From: a virus | Virus record (IMG/VR): IMGVR_UViG_3300028115_000004 | Location: 51,860 to 115,859 of that record | Strand: one strand, 5' to 3' | Length of the DNA: 64,000 nt | Shown: positions 36,760 through 46,313 of the stretch, piece by piece | Numbering within the stretch: position 1 is the stretch's first letter | Layout of the letters: every line of letters starts with the position of its first letter | The notes under the pieces: model-generated | What the model saw: only the letters and a program-made list of their open reading frames with translations | Database searches by the model: none | Told to the model about the DNA's origin: nothing | Made by a program: the position numbers and the translations under genes

Positions 36760-37238
36760 ACGGTTTTCGAAAGTTGCAAGAACGTTTAACTGAGGAGGGC
36801 TGGTTCGTTGGTTGGAACCTGCCCTGTTGTCAAAGTTGTGCTTGGGGCGATGTTCCGTTTGAGTTCGAAGACGGAACCGAAGTAGACGTAAACAAAGTTC
36901 TCTTCAACCATTCTCAGGATTGTGAAGTCTATTTTGATGGCGAAGAATGTCCTGAGTGCGGCTCCGATAGTCGTGATGAAGAAGGTGAAGACTGTCTGAC
37001 GTGTTATGGTAAAGGTGTAATCGCAGAAGGATTCGATCCGTCAGAGTACGACACTTCAGTGGGCGGTTTCATCTGTATGTCACCCGAACAACAAACTACA
37101 TCGACGTTCTGCTTTGCAGGTGATAAAGAAGGTGTTAAGAATCTAAAAGCCATCCTGCCTATCATCGAGGAGTGTGGTTGTAAAATACACTGGAACGGCA
37201 AAGGCGATACTCGCCCTGAGATTAGTTGGGAGTTGTAG
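36756..37238 (+). CDS. Cys-rich hypothetical protein (zinc-binding)
   Basis: CCQSCAW, CPEC...CLTC. Confidence 0.65.
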   Translation: MNGFRKLQERLTEEGWFVGWNLPCCQSCAWGDVPFEFEDGTEVDVNKVLFNHSQDCEVYFDGEECPECGSDSRDEEGEDCLTCYGKGVIAEGFDPSEYDTSVGGFICMSPEQQTTSTFCFAGDKEGVKNLKAILPIIEECGCKIHWNGKGDTRPEISWEL

Positions 37239-37240
37239 TG

Positions 37241-37384
37241 ATGTGGATTCTTATTTTGTACTTGGGATTTTCTTTCGGGTCAGTTGAGTTTAACACTGCG
37301 CTTGACTGTGAGACTGCACTAGATCAAGCCACCTCAGTGTTTGAAGATTCAGTTGGTCTTTGTGTCTATAAAGGAGAAGAGTAA
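37241..37384 (+). CDS. Small exported/membrane peptide (47 aa, not in track)
   Basis: MWILILYLGFSFGSVEF..C...C. Confidence 0.5.
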   Translation: MWILILYLGFSFGSVEFNTALDCETALDQATSVFEDSVGLCVYKGEE

Positions 37385-37596
37385 TGTTAGTTTATTGTGA
37401 TTTGATTGCGTTTTCAATTTCGAATCTTCTGCCTGAAATCAAACTAAATGATGATTTTCTGCTTGACAAAGCGACAGCACCTAAGTTACACTTAGATAAA
37501 GATGGTGTCTTCGTGAGTACCAAGAAAGAAATCTTTGCACGTGACATCAATGGTATGAAGTATAAAATTACAGTTGAGGAGATTGGCGATGAGTAG
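37384..37596 (+). CDS. Hypothetical protein
   Basis: AAGGAG RBS. Confidence 0.6.
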   Translation: MLVYCDLIAFSISNLLPEIKLNDDFLLDKATAPKLHLDKDGVFVSTKKEIFARDINGMKYKITVEEIGDE

Positions 37597-37825
37597 GATG
37601 GGTGCATTTATTTTGGATGTTCAGACTGCGGTCTGTGACAACTTTAATCAACCCCTAGATAAGTGCAAGGAAGCTGTCTATGAACAGTTTATTGCAATGG
37701 GTGAACCTGAGTGGAAAGCGAATTACGCTCGTGAAACCGCTGAGGATTATTATAACGAGATCGTTCATGATGTGGACGAATTTTCATATTTGGTTGCGTC
37801 TGAGAGACGTAGTAAGCATATATAG
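37589..37825 (+). CDS. Hypothetical protein
   Basis: GAGGAG RBS; MSRMGAFILDVQ. Confidence 0.6.
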   Translation: MSRMGAFILDVQTAVCDNFNQPLDKCKEAVYEQFIAMGEPEWKANYARETAEDYYNEIVHDVDEFSYLVASERRSKHI

Positions 37826-37841
37826 TAATATGAGGTGAAAA

Positions 37842-38279
37842 ATGGCAATCACACCACCCCGAAAACAGGTGTATGAGATTTTCTTAGAATTAGAACAGGC
37901 AACCAATAAGGCGAAACGTCTTGAAGTGTTTGAAAAGTATTCCGATGTTCCTGCTTTTAAGGACATCCTACGAGGTCTTTTCGATGATTCCTTGGAGTTC
38001 CTACTCCCCAAAGGCAAGCCGCCTTACACCCCAAACAGACCAGAGTCTACCCCGTCTTCCTTGCTGCGGGAACACCGCCAATTCGGTTACTTCGTAAATG
38101 GCGGGCCAGGCACTCAAATGCAATCGTATAAACGTGAACAGAAATTCATCAACTTGTTGGAAGGTATCCATCCAGATGATGCTCTGTTGGTTTTGGCGAT
38201 GGTGGACAAAAAGTCCCCCATTAAAGGTCTAACTAAGAAACTGGTACAGGAGGCATACCCTAACTTAATCTCAAAATAA
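37842..38279 (+). CDS. Conserved T4-like hypothetical protein
   Basis: LLPKGKPPY, KREQKFINLLEGIHPDDA. Confidence 0.7.
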   Translation: MAITPPRKQVYEIFLELEQATNKAKRLEVFEKYSDVPAFKDILRGLFDDSLEFLLPKGKPPYTPNRPESTPSSLLREHRQFGYFVNGGPGTQMQSYKREQKFINLLEGIHPDDALLVLAMVDKKSPIKGLTKKLVQEAYPNLISK

Positions 38280-38303
38280 CTAAACCAATCCAAAGGAGAT
38301 TTA

Positions 38304-38477
38304 ATGACAGCAGCCCAAATAGAACGGTTAAGAAAAGATTCCCGTGATCTAGATCACTACATTGCGAGTCTTAAGAAAAAAGGTAAGGAACAGAAGGCAC
38401 ATAAATTGATAGCCAAACGTGCTTTCCTCGACCAGACTATTCATGAAACATATGCAAACCAATCTCTAAGGGGGTGA
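38304..38477 (+). CDS. Small basic protein (57 aa, not in track)
   Basis: AAAGGAG RBS; MTAAQIERLRKDSRDLDHYI... Confidence 0.6.
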   Translation: MTAAQIERLRKDSRDLDHYIASLKKKGKEQKAHKLIAKRAFLDQTIHETYANQSLRG

Positions 38478-38536
38478 TCCTATCTCTTCACCGAAGGGTG
38501 TCGTAGTGGATTTTGATATCGAGTGTGAAGTAAATT

Positions 38537-38773
38537 ATGCCAATCTATAATTTCAGAAGTAAGGAGACCGGAGAGATCACGGAAGTGACTCTCCGGATTT
38601 CCCAATTAGATCAGTATAAAACTGATAATCCGCAACTGGAGCAAGTTCATCTGTCCGCTCCAGGCCTTACAAGTGGTCACAAGTCTTCACGTCAACTAGC
38701 CGGTAGCGACTGGAACGACCTCTTGAAGGGTATCAAAAAGAATTCCGGTAAAGGGAACACAATCAAAACATGA
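38537..38773 (+). CDS. FmdB-like small protein (Cys-less)
   Basis: MPIYNFRSKETGE...WNDLLKGIKK. Confidence 0.6.
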   Translation: MPIYNFRSKETGEITEVTLRISQLDQYKTDNPQLEQVHLSAPGLTSGHKSSRQLAGSDWNDLLKGIKKNSGKGNTIKT

Positions 38774-39471
38774 GGAAAGAACGCACCCAACCTCAGAAGT
38801 TGCGTATCGATGACCTTTTGACTTACGAACCCATCACAGGTTTGCAAGAGGTTGTCTATAAGGCATGGGATGAGGGCAATCATATTGTCATGTCGGGTAC
38901 TGCAGGAACGGGTAAGACTTTCACTGCATTGTACCTTGGACTAGAACAAGTCCTTGATAAGGGCAACACCTTTGAGAAGGTTGTTGTTGTCAGATCAATA
39001 GTTCCCACTCGGGAGATTGGATTCTTGCCGGGCTCACTAGAGGAGAAGATGGATGCGTACACTGGCCCGTATCGGGCGATTTGTACTGAACTATTTAAAG
39101 ATGGTGGAGCATACGATAAACTCACCAGTGCGGGAGTTGTCGAGTTCATGTCCACATCTTTCATTCGTGGTGCCACAATCAATGATGCGATTGTAATCAT
39201 CGACGAAATGCAAAACCTATCGTTTCACGAGTTAGACTCAGTAATCACACGAATAGGTAGAAACTGTCGGATCATATTCTGCGGTGATTATCACCAGACA
39301 GATTTTACGAAAGAATCCGACAAAAGGGGTCTACTAAAGTTCCTAGATATTATTGAACATATGACTAGGTTCACGGTAGTAGAATTTAGTTGGGCAGATA
39401 TAGTTCGTTCGGACTTCGTGCGAGACTATATAATGACAAAGGAAATGTTAGGATACACAAAAAATGAATAA
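38770..39471 (+). CDS. phoH: PhoH-like ATPase
   Basis: GTAGTGKT, REIGFLPG, FIRG, IDEMQN, ITRIG, GDYHQTD, DIVRS. Confidence 0.93.
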   Translation: MRKERTQPQKLRIDDLLTYEPITGLQEVVYKAWDEGNHIVMSGTAGTGKTFTALYLGLEQVLDKGNTFEKVVVVRSIVPTREIGFLPGSLEEKMDAYTGPYRAICTELFKDGGAYDKLTSAGVVEFMSTSFIRGATINDAIVIIDEMQNLSFHELDSVITRIGRNCRIIFCGDYHQTDFTKESDKRGLLKFLDIIEHMTRFTVVEFSWADIVRSDFVRDYIMTKEMLGYTKNE

Positions 39472-39910
39472 AGAATCAGTTTACGAACAATTAAAAATCG
39501 ACGAAGGAGTCAAGTATGAAATCTACAATGACCACCTCGGCTATCCGACCTTCGGAGTCGGTCACCTTATCGTCGAAGGTGATCCGGAATTCGGAAGGGA
39601 AGTTGGAGCTCCAATTGATGAAGAAAGAGTGCGGGAAGTATTTGATAGAGACCTTGAAACTTCCATCGGAGAGTGTCACGCTCTATACGGAGAAGGGTGT
39701 TTTGGAGACTTCCCTGATGAAGTCCAGCAAATCTTGGTTAACATGATGTTCAATATGGGACGTACACGTCTCAGTAAGTTCAAGAAGTTTAACGCTGCAC
39801 TAGAAGCATGTGATTGGAAGACCGCTGCCGTAGAAGGGAGAGATTCACTGTGGTACAGGCAAGTGACAAATCGGGCCGAAAGACTCATGTCCCGAATGGA
39901 AGCAGTGTAA
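39464..39910 (+). CDS. T4-type lysozyme (GH24)
   Basis: DEGVKYEIYNDHLGYPTFGVGHL catalytic E/D/T, NMMFNMG, SLWYRQV.NRA. Confidence 0.9.
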   Translation: MNKESVYEQLKIDEGVKYEIYNDHLGYPTFGVGHLIVEGDPEFGREVGAPIDEERVREVFDRDLETSIGECHALYGEGCFGDFPDEVQQILVNMMFNMGRTRLSKFKKFNAALEACDWKTAAVEGRDSLWYRQVTNRAERLMSRMEAV

Positions 39911-40003
39911 AATATCCGTATCGGTTCTGGGACTCTGAGAAGAGAACCTTTGTCGATTGGAACACTTTGATTGGCAACAAGGAGACTCGTGAGAGTTGAA
40001 ATA

Positions 40004-40156
40004 ATGGCAAAGTACACTCGCCATGACGACCGCAATAAAAAGCGGAATAAGCACAAACAGTACTCTAAAGAAGGGTACACTAGGAAAATACATAATGTCG
40101 AAAGTAAAAGGAGATACTCGGAAAAACTTAATTTTCCAGTATATGATACTGAATGA
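40004..40156 (+). CDS. Small basic protein
   Basis: MAKYTRHDDRNKKRNKHK. Confidence 0.45.
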   Translation: MAKYTRHDDRNKKRNKHKQYSKEGYTRKIHNVESKRRYSEKLNFPVYDTE

Positions 40157-40943
40157 TGATCTAGATGAGAAGAGAGGGCCTATCCTTGGTAGGTCACGAT
40201 CCGAACTCTACGCAGAAGTCGCAGACGTATCCCGTAGGTCTTTCGAAATCTATGCCGAGAAACTCGGTGCAGATTACTTATATTCAGACGAAGCGGTATA
40301 CACTAAAGACGAATGGGAAAGGGATACTACGGTTTGCCTTTTCGAATGTCTGAGAGTAGTATACGATGAGTCTTTTGATGAGTATGAGAACTTGCTGTTC
40401 GTCGATACCGATATTGTTGCCAACACTGAAGAGAACATCTTTGACCTCATGGAAGGTGATGTCATGGGTGTTCTTGAGAGTGATATCAGAACATTCAACG
40501 GTGGTGGATACAACGCATGGGACAGGAAGCCTGATGTCTACAGAGATCAGGTAACCAAGTATGAGTACCACGGTGTTCCCATCGTTCCCGCCATGCCACC
40601 CAACCACCCATCAAAACTAACCATCATGAACACAGGTGTTGTCTGTTGGTCACGAGACGCTCGTCTGTATGCACGAGAACACTTCGACGATTGGAAGGAG
40701 TGGTTCTTCGAAGGCCCTCAGTTACACATGTCTCTCATGAACGATCAACCCTACCTGTCTGGTCAGTTCCAGAAGTGGAATATGGACGTTCAGACCATAG
40801 ACCAGACTTGGAATGACTCCCCCCATTATGAGACTGAAGAGTTGTTCTTTGAGAAGGCGAAGATGTGTCACTACACTGGTGGGGACTGGAAAGTCCTCAT
40901 GATGGAACACTACCGAGACAAAAAATTTAAGATTTTTTCATAA
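40095..40943 (+). CDS. GT-A fold glycosyltransferase (GT8-like)
   Basis: LLFVDTD (DxD), MNTGVV, NDQPYL, WN, HYTG. Confidence 0.75.
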   Translation: MSKVKGDTRKNLIFQYMILNDDLDEKRGPILGRSRSELYAEVADVSRRSFEIYAEKLGADYLYSDEAVYTKDEWERDTTVCLFECLRVVYDESFDEYENLLFVDTDIVANTEENIFDLMEGDVMGVLESDIRTFNGGGYNAWDRKPDVYRDQVTKYEYHGVPIVPAMPPNHPSKLTIMNTGVVCWSRDARLYAREHFDDWKEWFFEGPQLHMSLMNDQPYLSGQFQKWNMDVQTIDQTWNDSPHYETEELFFEKAKMCHYTGGDWKVLMMEHYRDKKFKIFS

Positions 40944-40978
40944 AAACGCTTGACAAACGTCTCGGTATGGTGTACTAT
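40942..40978 (+). promoter_or_regulatory. Early sigma70-type promoter
   Basis: AAAAACGC TTGACA(40950) -17- TACTAT(40973). Confidence 0.7.
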
Positions 40979-41003
40979 TATACTATATTGAGAAGGAGTA
41001 GTT

Positions 41004-41579
41004 ATGCGAGATTATGAGAAAGTGATTCTGACTGACGTGGATGGCGTCCTCTTGAATTGGGGATATGCGTTTCACGTCTGGATGGAAGAACATGGACACA
41101 AGAAAGTCAAGGACGTTTACGATATAAGTGAGACTTACGGAATCGATTATGTAACTGGTAAGAGACTGGTTCGACAGTTCAACGAGAGTGCTGCGATTGG
41201 ATTCCTCCCCCCTCTACGAGACGCAATCCACTACGTGCGAAAGTTGCACGAAGAACATGGATACGTCTTCCATGCGATTACTAGTTTGAGTCTTGACCAA
41301 CACGCAGGTGAGTTACGAACTCAGAACCTCAAGAAGTTGTTCGGTGAGACTGCATTTCAGAAGTTTGTCTACCTCGACACTGGTGCTGACAAGGACGAAG
41401 CCCTTGCAGAGTATGCCGGTAAGCCCTTCATTTGGGTTGAAGACAAAGTTGAGAACGCCCTCGTGGGAGATAAGTTAGGACTAGATAGTGTTGTAATGGA
41501 ACATGGTTACAACATGGAAGATTGTCCGCTCCCTCTAATGAAAAATTGGGAGGACATTTACAACTACCTAGAGGGTTAA
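41004..41579 (+). CDS. HAD-family phosphatase / 5'-nucleotidase (T4 30.2-like)
   Basis: ILTDVDGVLLNW, AITS, WVEDK. Confidence 0.8.
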   Translation: MRDYEKVILTDVDGVLLNWGYAFHVWMEEHGHKKVKDVYDISETYGIDYVTGKRLVRQFNESAAIGFLPPLRDAIHYVRKLHEEHGYVFHAITSLSLDQHAGELRTQNLKKLFGETAFQKFVYLDTGADKDEALAEYAGKPFIWVEDKVENALVGDKLGLDSVVMEHGYNMEDCPLPLMKNWEDIYNYLEG

Positions 41580-43091
41580 ATGACAAGATATATTGGTTTC
41601 AGTGAGTTCTATCACGATGCTGGTATTGCAGTAATCGAACAAGATGGAACGGTGTCCTATGCGACACATGCAGAACGTTGGTCTAAGAACAAGAATGATG
41701 CCCACATCCCCGAAGCTTTGTGGGATCACATTGGTTATCAGGACGACGAAGTAGTTACCTTCTATGAAGATCATAATATCAAATATGGTCTTCGTGGAGG
41801 TATTGCTGTACAAGGCGACAAAGCGAAAGTCTACCCTAGACATGGGCACAATAAAAGACTCTGGGAAAAGGTTCCTGCCCACGAGATGTTGCACTATGAT
41901 AAGTTGCACGAACATCACGTGTCTCATTGTGCAGGCGCTTACTATACCCGTCCGTGGGAATCTAAAGAAGATACTGTCATGGTGTCTATCGACGGTGCAG
42001 GGGAAGTCCAATGTTCCGTTATCTATGATCACAACTTCAATCTAATCAAAGAGTGGCACTATCCTAAGTCAATCGGACTGATCTACAGTACGGTTACCTA
42101 TGCCTTGGGTCTCAGACCCCTTGAGGATGAATATGTGGTCATGGGTCTTTCGTCCTATGGTCAGGACGTATTCTCAGACTGGATTTGGGAACAGTACCAT
42201 TCCTTCGAAGACCTCGCAACCTATGAACTTGAGAATGACCTGAAACTTGGTGTGGACTCACCTAGAGAGGAACAGAGACTTAAGTTCCGTGATGAGTTGA
42301 TGGAGAAGGTTAAGTCAGTCACCCCCGAAGAAGCAGCCGCATCCGTACAGGAATTTGCAAGACGTGCGATTCTAGAGATCATGACAGAGGCACGTAAGTA
42401 TGGTTCCAAGTTGGTCTACTCTGGTGGTTGTGCACAGAATGTGGTGGTCAACTCTCTGATTCATGAGATGTTCGATGAGGTACATATTGCAATTGCACCA
42501 GCGGACTCTGGTAGTGCATTAGGGTGTGCCGCACGTACATGGGCGCAGGAGACAGGCGGAGACCGTCTTATCTGGACTCCCTACATGGGTACGAATATCG
42601 ACCGTGAGATCAACCCCTCTGACGTTGTAGACCACCTTCTGAAACATCAATACTGTGGTGTCGCAAATGGACGTGCAGAGTATGGGCCACGTGCACTTGG
42701 AAATCGATCCTTGATTGCAGACGTTAGGTTCGATGTCAAGGATACGGTCAACGAGATCAAACGCAGACAGAAGTATCGTCCCTTCGCCCCTGCCATTCTA
42801 GAAGAGTATGCGGATCAATACTTCGAAGGGCCTATGAACGAGTACATGCAGTTCACTTCCAAGGCACTTCATGACCATTCATCTGTTACCCATGTAGACG
42901 GCACTGCACGTGTACAGGTTGTACGCAAGGACTGTCAGTCAGTGTTCCGTAAGATCATCGAAGAGTACTATGAACGTACAGGGATTCCGATGTTACTAAA
43001 TACTAGCTTGAACATCCGTGGTCGTCCTATGGTTGATGATGAAAAAGATGCGAAGTTGTGGGAAAGTCAATATAATGTCAAGGTGTTCTAA
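41580..43091 (+). CDS. Carbamoyltransferase (NodU/CmcH family)
   Basis: HDAG, ERWS..KND, HHVSH, IDGAGE, VMGLSSYG, SGGCAQN, EYGPRALGNRS, RPFAP, HVDGTARVQ, LLNTSLN. Confidence 0.93.
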   Translation: MTRYIGFSEFYHDAGIAVIEQDGTVSYATHAERWSKNKNDAHIPEALWDHIGYQDDEVVTFYEDHNIKYGLRGGIAVQGDKAKVYPRHGHNKRLWEKVPAHEMLHYDKLHEHHVSHCAGAYYTRPWESKEDTVMVSIDGAGEVQCSVIYDHNFNLIKEWHYPKSIGLIYSTVTYALGLRPLEDEYVVMGLSSYGQDVFSDWIWEQYHSFEDLATYELENDLKLGVDSPREEQRLKFRDELMEKVKSVTPEEAAASVQEFARRAILEIMTEARKYGSKLVYSGGCAQNVVVNSLIHEMFDEVHIAIAPADSGSALGCAARTWAQETGGDRLIWTPYMGTNIDREINPSDVVDHLLKHQYCGVANGRAEYGPRALGNRSLIADVRFDVKDTVNEIKRRQKYRPFAPAILEEYADQYFEGPMNEYMQFTSKALHDHSSVTHVDGTARVQVVRKDCQSVFRKIIEEYYERTGIPMLLNTSLNIRGRPMVDDEKDAKLWESQYNVKVF

Positions 43092-43117
43092 AATGACAAT
43101 AACAAAAGGAACCCGAT

Positions 43118-43441
43118 ATGGCAGACGAAAAAGAAACAATGTTTCATCCAGCTGATTCAAATGGTGATGGAGTTGTATCTCCCGAAGAACACCAGATGTA
43201 TCTTGAATTTAAACGAAAGGAATTAGAAGACGCTGACGCAATGCGTGATGCACAGAGAAGTATGACATGGTTTGCCCTGTTCGGTCTTCTGTTGTATCCC
43301 TTTGCAGTCGTACTTGCAGACTGGATTGGTCTGGACAGTGCATCCAAGATTCTAGGTGATATGGCCGCAACTTACTTTGTGTCTGTTGCTGCAATCGTCG
43401 CTGCATTCTTTGGTGGACAGGCGTATTCTGCTAAGAAGTAA
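43118..43441 (+). CDS. 2-TM membrane protein with N-terminal EF-hand (holin-like topology)
   Basis: DSNGDGVVSPEE loop; two hydrophobic helices; basic tail. Confidence 0.6.
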   Translation: MADEKETMFHPADSNGDGVVSPEEHQMYLEFKRKELEDADAMRDAQRSMTWFALFGLLLYPFAVVLADWIGLDSASKILGDMAATYFVSVAAIVAAFFGGQAYSAKK

Positions 43442-43455
43442 ACATAAGGTAGATT

Positions 43456-44328
43456 ATGGAACGTGTAACGTGGAGAGGAACACCTGGCGTAGGTGATTTT
43501 ATGTGGGCACTTAATGTGTGTCACCTTTACGCTTATCGTAACAACACGAAAGTGAAACTGCAGATGCATTGGGATCACGGCCCCGATCATCTGCATCACT
43601 TCGAAGACCCCGAAACCATTACCGAAAGGATGGACTACATACATAACTTCTATCATCGCAAGGATGATGTGGTTGTCGATCACCTATTCTACGCAGAAGG
43701 TAGATACTCAGACTGGTCGTATAAAGACGATCTAGAGTATGAGGATGGTGTTGTGAAAGTCAAAGTACCAGAAGATACTAGTAATCATTCAAAGAATAGA
43801 TTCTGGTTTGAGTCTGGCTCTTGGACTGATGATCAGGGTGCAGACATTCCTGATAATGATTGGTTGTTTCGACAAGACGCTTTTCGAGAAACAGACAAAC
43901 GGAAAGTAGTCATTTGGACGCCAGTGGCCAACGCAGAAGTTCCTAGACCTTGGAAAAGAAAGTTGACAGATTACGATTGGCGTGTTATAATTAAGAAACT
44001 TCGCCAGGCGGGATTAAAGGTAGTTGAATTGAACTATCGAACTCCTGTAAGAGAAGCTATGTATCACATCTCTACGTGTAGACAGGTAATCTGTTACGAT
44101 GGTATGTGGCATTATGTAGCAAAGAATTTTGCAAAACCTATGATGGTTATAAGTAAAGAAGGTGTTACTAAATATCACACACCACATGCAGTAAGAGTAA
44201 ATCCAGATTTTGATGGAAGAAATAATATCTGGTGGTGGATGTCCAACATTAATTACGCATTAGGTCATCCCAAGAAGAAAGCTATAGCATACGAAAAACA
44301 ACTGAAAAATGAGTTAAACTATGGGTGA
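43456..44328 (+). CDS. GT-B glycosyltransferase-like (GT9-like)
   Basis: PGVGDFM; ICYDGMWHYVAKNFAKPMMVI. Confidence 0.5.
   Translation: MERVTWRGTPGVGDFMWALNVCHLYAYRNNTKVKLQMHWDHGPDHLHHFEDPETITERMDYIHNFYHRKDDVVVDHLFYAEGRYSDWSYKDDLEYEDGVVKVKVPEDTSNHSKNRFWFESGSWTDDQGADIPDNDWLFRQDAFRETDKRKVVIWTPVANAEVPRPWKRKLTDYDWRVIIKKLRQAGLKVVELNYRTPVREAMYHISTCRQVICYDGMWHYVAKNFAKPMMVISKEGVTKYHTPHAVRVNPDFDGRNNIWWWMSNINYALGHPKKKAIAYEKQLKNELNYG
43963..43991 (+). promoter_or_regulatory. Intragenic consensus sigma70 promoter
   Basis: TTGACA -17- TATAAT with extended TG. Confidence 0.5.
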
Positions 44329-45292
44329 GATTAAGATTGACAGGGCGGTGATTGAGGTACAGGGAGGATGTAACTTCGACTGTACCATGTGTCCTCAAGA
44401 CAAAAGAACAGGCGGTAGGCATAAGGGATTTCTCACCAAGATGAGTCTTCTTGAGTTTGAGAACTATGTCTCTGACTGTGCAAAACATGGACTGCGAGTA
44501 GTCAACCTAGATGGTTCTGGTGAGGCGACGATCAACCGTCTTCTTCCTGAGTACATCAAGATTGTGAAGAGGTATGGTGCACAAGCTGTCATCTTCTCTA
44601 ATGGATTCAAGATGCAGGGTCAGTTCATGAAGGACTGTGTTGACGCTGGACTTGACTTCTTTCGATTCTCGTTCATTGGCCCCACACCCGAACTCTACGA
44701 CACGTGGATGAACAACACACGAGGCAGTAACTATCACCTGATCAAGAATAATATCAAGGAGATGGTTGCGTATGTAAAGGAGTCTGGTTCCGACTGTACA
44801 ATTGAGACCTATCACCTTATTACAGACAATGCAAAACTGGAAGAAGAACTCCAGAAATACATAGAATTGGTTGATGAACTTGGTGTTAAAACAGAAATCT
44901 GGAAGATGCACAATTGGAGTGGTGCATATGACATTGGTGAGAATGCACGTAAAGGAGAGGTAAAGACTTGTGGCAGACCTTTTAGTCCAGACGTTGTTAT
45001 CCGTGCTGGCGGTCTTGACGGTAAACGGGGTGCTGTTCATCCTTGCTGTCAGGTTCTTGGAAGAGACGAAGAAGCCGTCCTTGGACACGCTAGCGAAAAC
45101 ACAATCGAAGAGATTATTCGGGGAGAAGAGTACTCTGCTCTGAGACAGGCGCATAGGACTGGTGACTATCCGAACTATTGTAGAGACTGCGATTTTCTAC
45201 TTGACGATCCCGAGGTATTAGTGTATACTAACCATGATCGTGACCTACATAAGATGATAGGTACAGAATTCAATCTAAACGATTACAGGTAA
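44321..45292 (+). CDS. Radical SAM protein with SPASM/twitch domain
   Basis: CNFDCTMC; GSGEA; C-terminal CGRPF...PCC...CRDC. Confidence 0.9.
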   Translation: MGEIKIDRAVIEVQGGCNFDCTMCPQDKRTGGRHKGFLTKMSLLEFENYVSDCAKHGLRVVNLDGSGEATINRLLPEYIKIVKRYGAQAVIFSNGFKMQGQFMKDCVDAGLDFFRFSFIGPTPELYDTWMNNTRGSNYHLIKNNIKEMVAYVKESGSDCTIETYHLITDNAKLEEELQKYIELVDELGVKTEIWKMHNWSGAYDIGENARKGEVKTCGRPFSPDVVIRAGGLDGKRGAVHPCCQVLGRDEEAVLGHASENTIEEIIRGEEYSALRQAHRTGDYPNYCRDCDFLLDDPEVLVYTNHDRDLHKMIGTEFNLNDYR

Positions 45293-45296
45293 AGAT

Positions 45297-45512
45297 ATGA
45301 ACAAACTCAAAAAGTGGTGGTTAGACTTGACCAAGGAAGAGTACCATGTAACTATCTGGTACGATACTGATCCTAAGGCGAAGACAGTCTATAAACTTAA
45401 GTCTGTTGGAAAGTTAAACAACAAAAGGTTGGAAGGGGTGACTGTTGAAGGAAGTAAGATCACCCTCAGTGTTGAAGTCCCCTTTAATTATGAAGTAAGA
45501 AAAATTCACTAA
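45297..45512 (+). CDS. Hypothetical protein
   Basis: 71 aa ORF tiling the operon. Confidence 0.55.
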   Translation: MNKLKKWWLDLTKEEYHVTIWYDTDPKAKTVYKLKSVGKLNNKRLEGVTVEGSKITLSVEVPFNYEVRKIH

Positions 45513-46297
45513 TGAAACGAATGATCTATCAGGTTGCCGTAGGTAAACCGTCTAAATTATACGAACACTGTATTGAAAGTGTTTCTTATTATTGCCAAAA
45601 GCATGATATTGTACATTATGTGCAACGTTCTCCGGTGTATCGTATTGCACCCGATCCATTTAACATGGGCCGGTCTCGTGAGTCATTTGAGAAGTATGGT
45701 GGTTACCTTCCTATCTTTGAGAAGGAAGTGGCCTTCGACTATATCGACAACTACGATCAAATTGCAATCATCGATGCGGACATCTACATCCGTGAGGACG
45801 CACCCAATATCTTCGAAGACTTTGGGACTGAACATGCCTTCGGTGCAGTGTGCGAACGTGAGATGGATATCCAACCTTGGTACGTACAGAAGATCGTCAA
45901 CTACTCTCGTATGCAGTATAGTCAACTGCAGAACAACAAACTTGATTTCAAACTGACAGAACGTGGGTTTGAGTTCTTTAATATGGGGATGATACTTCTA
46001 AATTGTGAAAGTTTCAAACCCCTTTTGAAAGGACAGACAGGTAAACAGTTCCTTCAACGTGCAGAGTTCAAAGACTTTGTGGACGGGGTGGGCGCATGGA
46101 AGTGGTCTACAGATCAAACTCTCTTGAATGTATTCCTCAAGAAATACAACGTTCCGGTCAAGCACATGGACAAAGTGTGGAACGGTCTATATACTGCAGC
46201 GAATAATATTAAAGAGTGTCACTTCATTCACTTCTTTCTAAAAGACAAACTTCCAAACCAAGGGGAAGATGTTGTCTCATTAATGAGTCAAATATAA
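45512..46297 (+). CDS. GT-A glycosyltransferase (GT8-like)
   Basis: IIDAD, FFNMG, DQTLLN, WNGLY, FIHFF. Confidence 0.75.
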   Translation: MKRMIYQVAVGKPSKLYEHCIESVSYYCQKHDIVHYVQRSPVYRIAPDPFNMGRSRESFEKYGGYLPIFEKEVAFDYIDNYDQIAIIDADIYIREDAPNIFEDFGTEHAFGAVCEREMDIQPWYVQKIVNYSRMQYSQLQNNKLDFKLTERGFEFFNMGMILLNCESFKPLLKGQTGKQFLQRAEFKDFVDGVGAWKWSTDQTLLNVFLKKYNVPVKHMDKVWNGLYTAANNIKECHFIHFFLKDKLPNQGEDVVSLMSQI

Positions 46298-46313
46298 CCC
46301 TATTGCACAATAT

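Noticed and set aside
38478-38536. Possible structured RNA upstream of the FmdB-like gene
   Set aside because: Only a weak GGTGA/TCACC pairing; nothing recognisable
38770-39471. phoH and thyX as evidence for a cyanophage
   Set aside because: Both are widespread in aquatic T4-like phages, and no photosynthesis or cyanobacteria-specific genes are in the window
44507-45154. 215-aa minus-strand ORF (likewise 8186..8800 and 31326..31904)
   Set aside because: Antisense to well-supported genes; expected from codon bias
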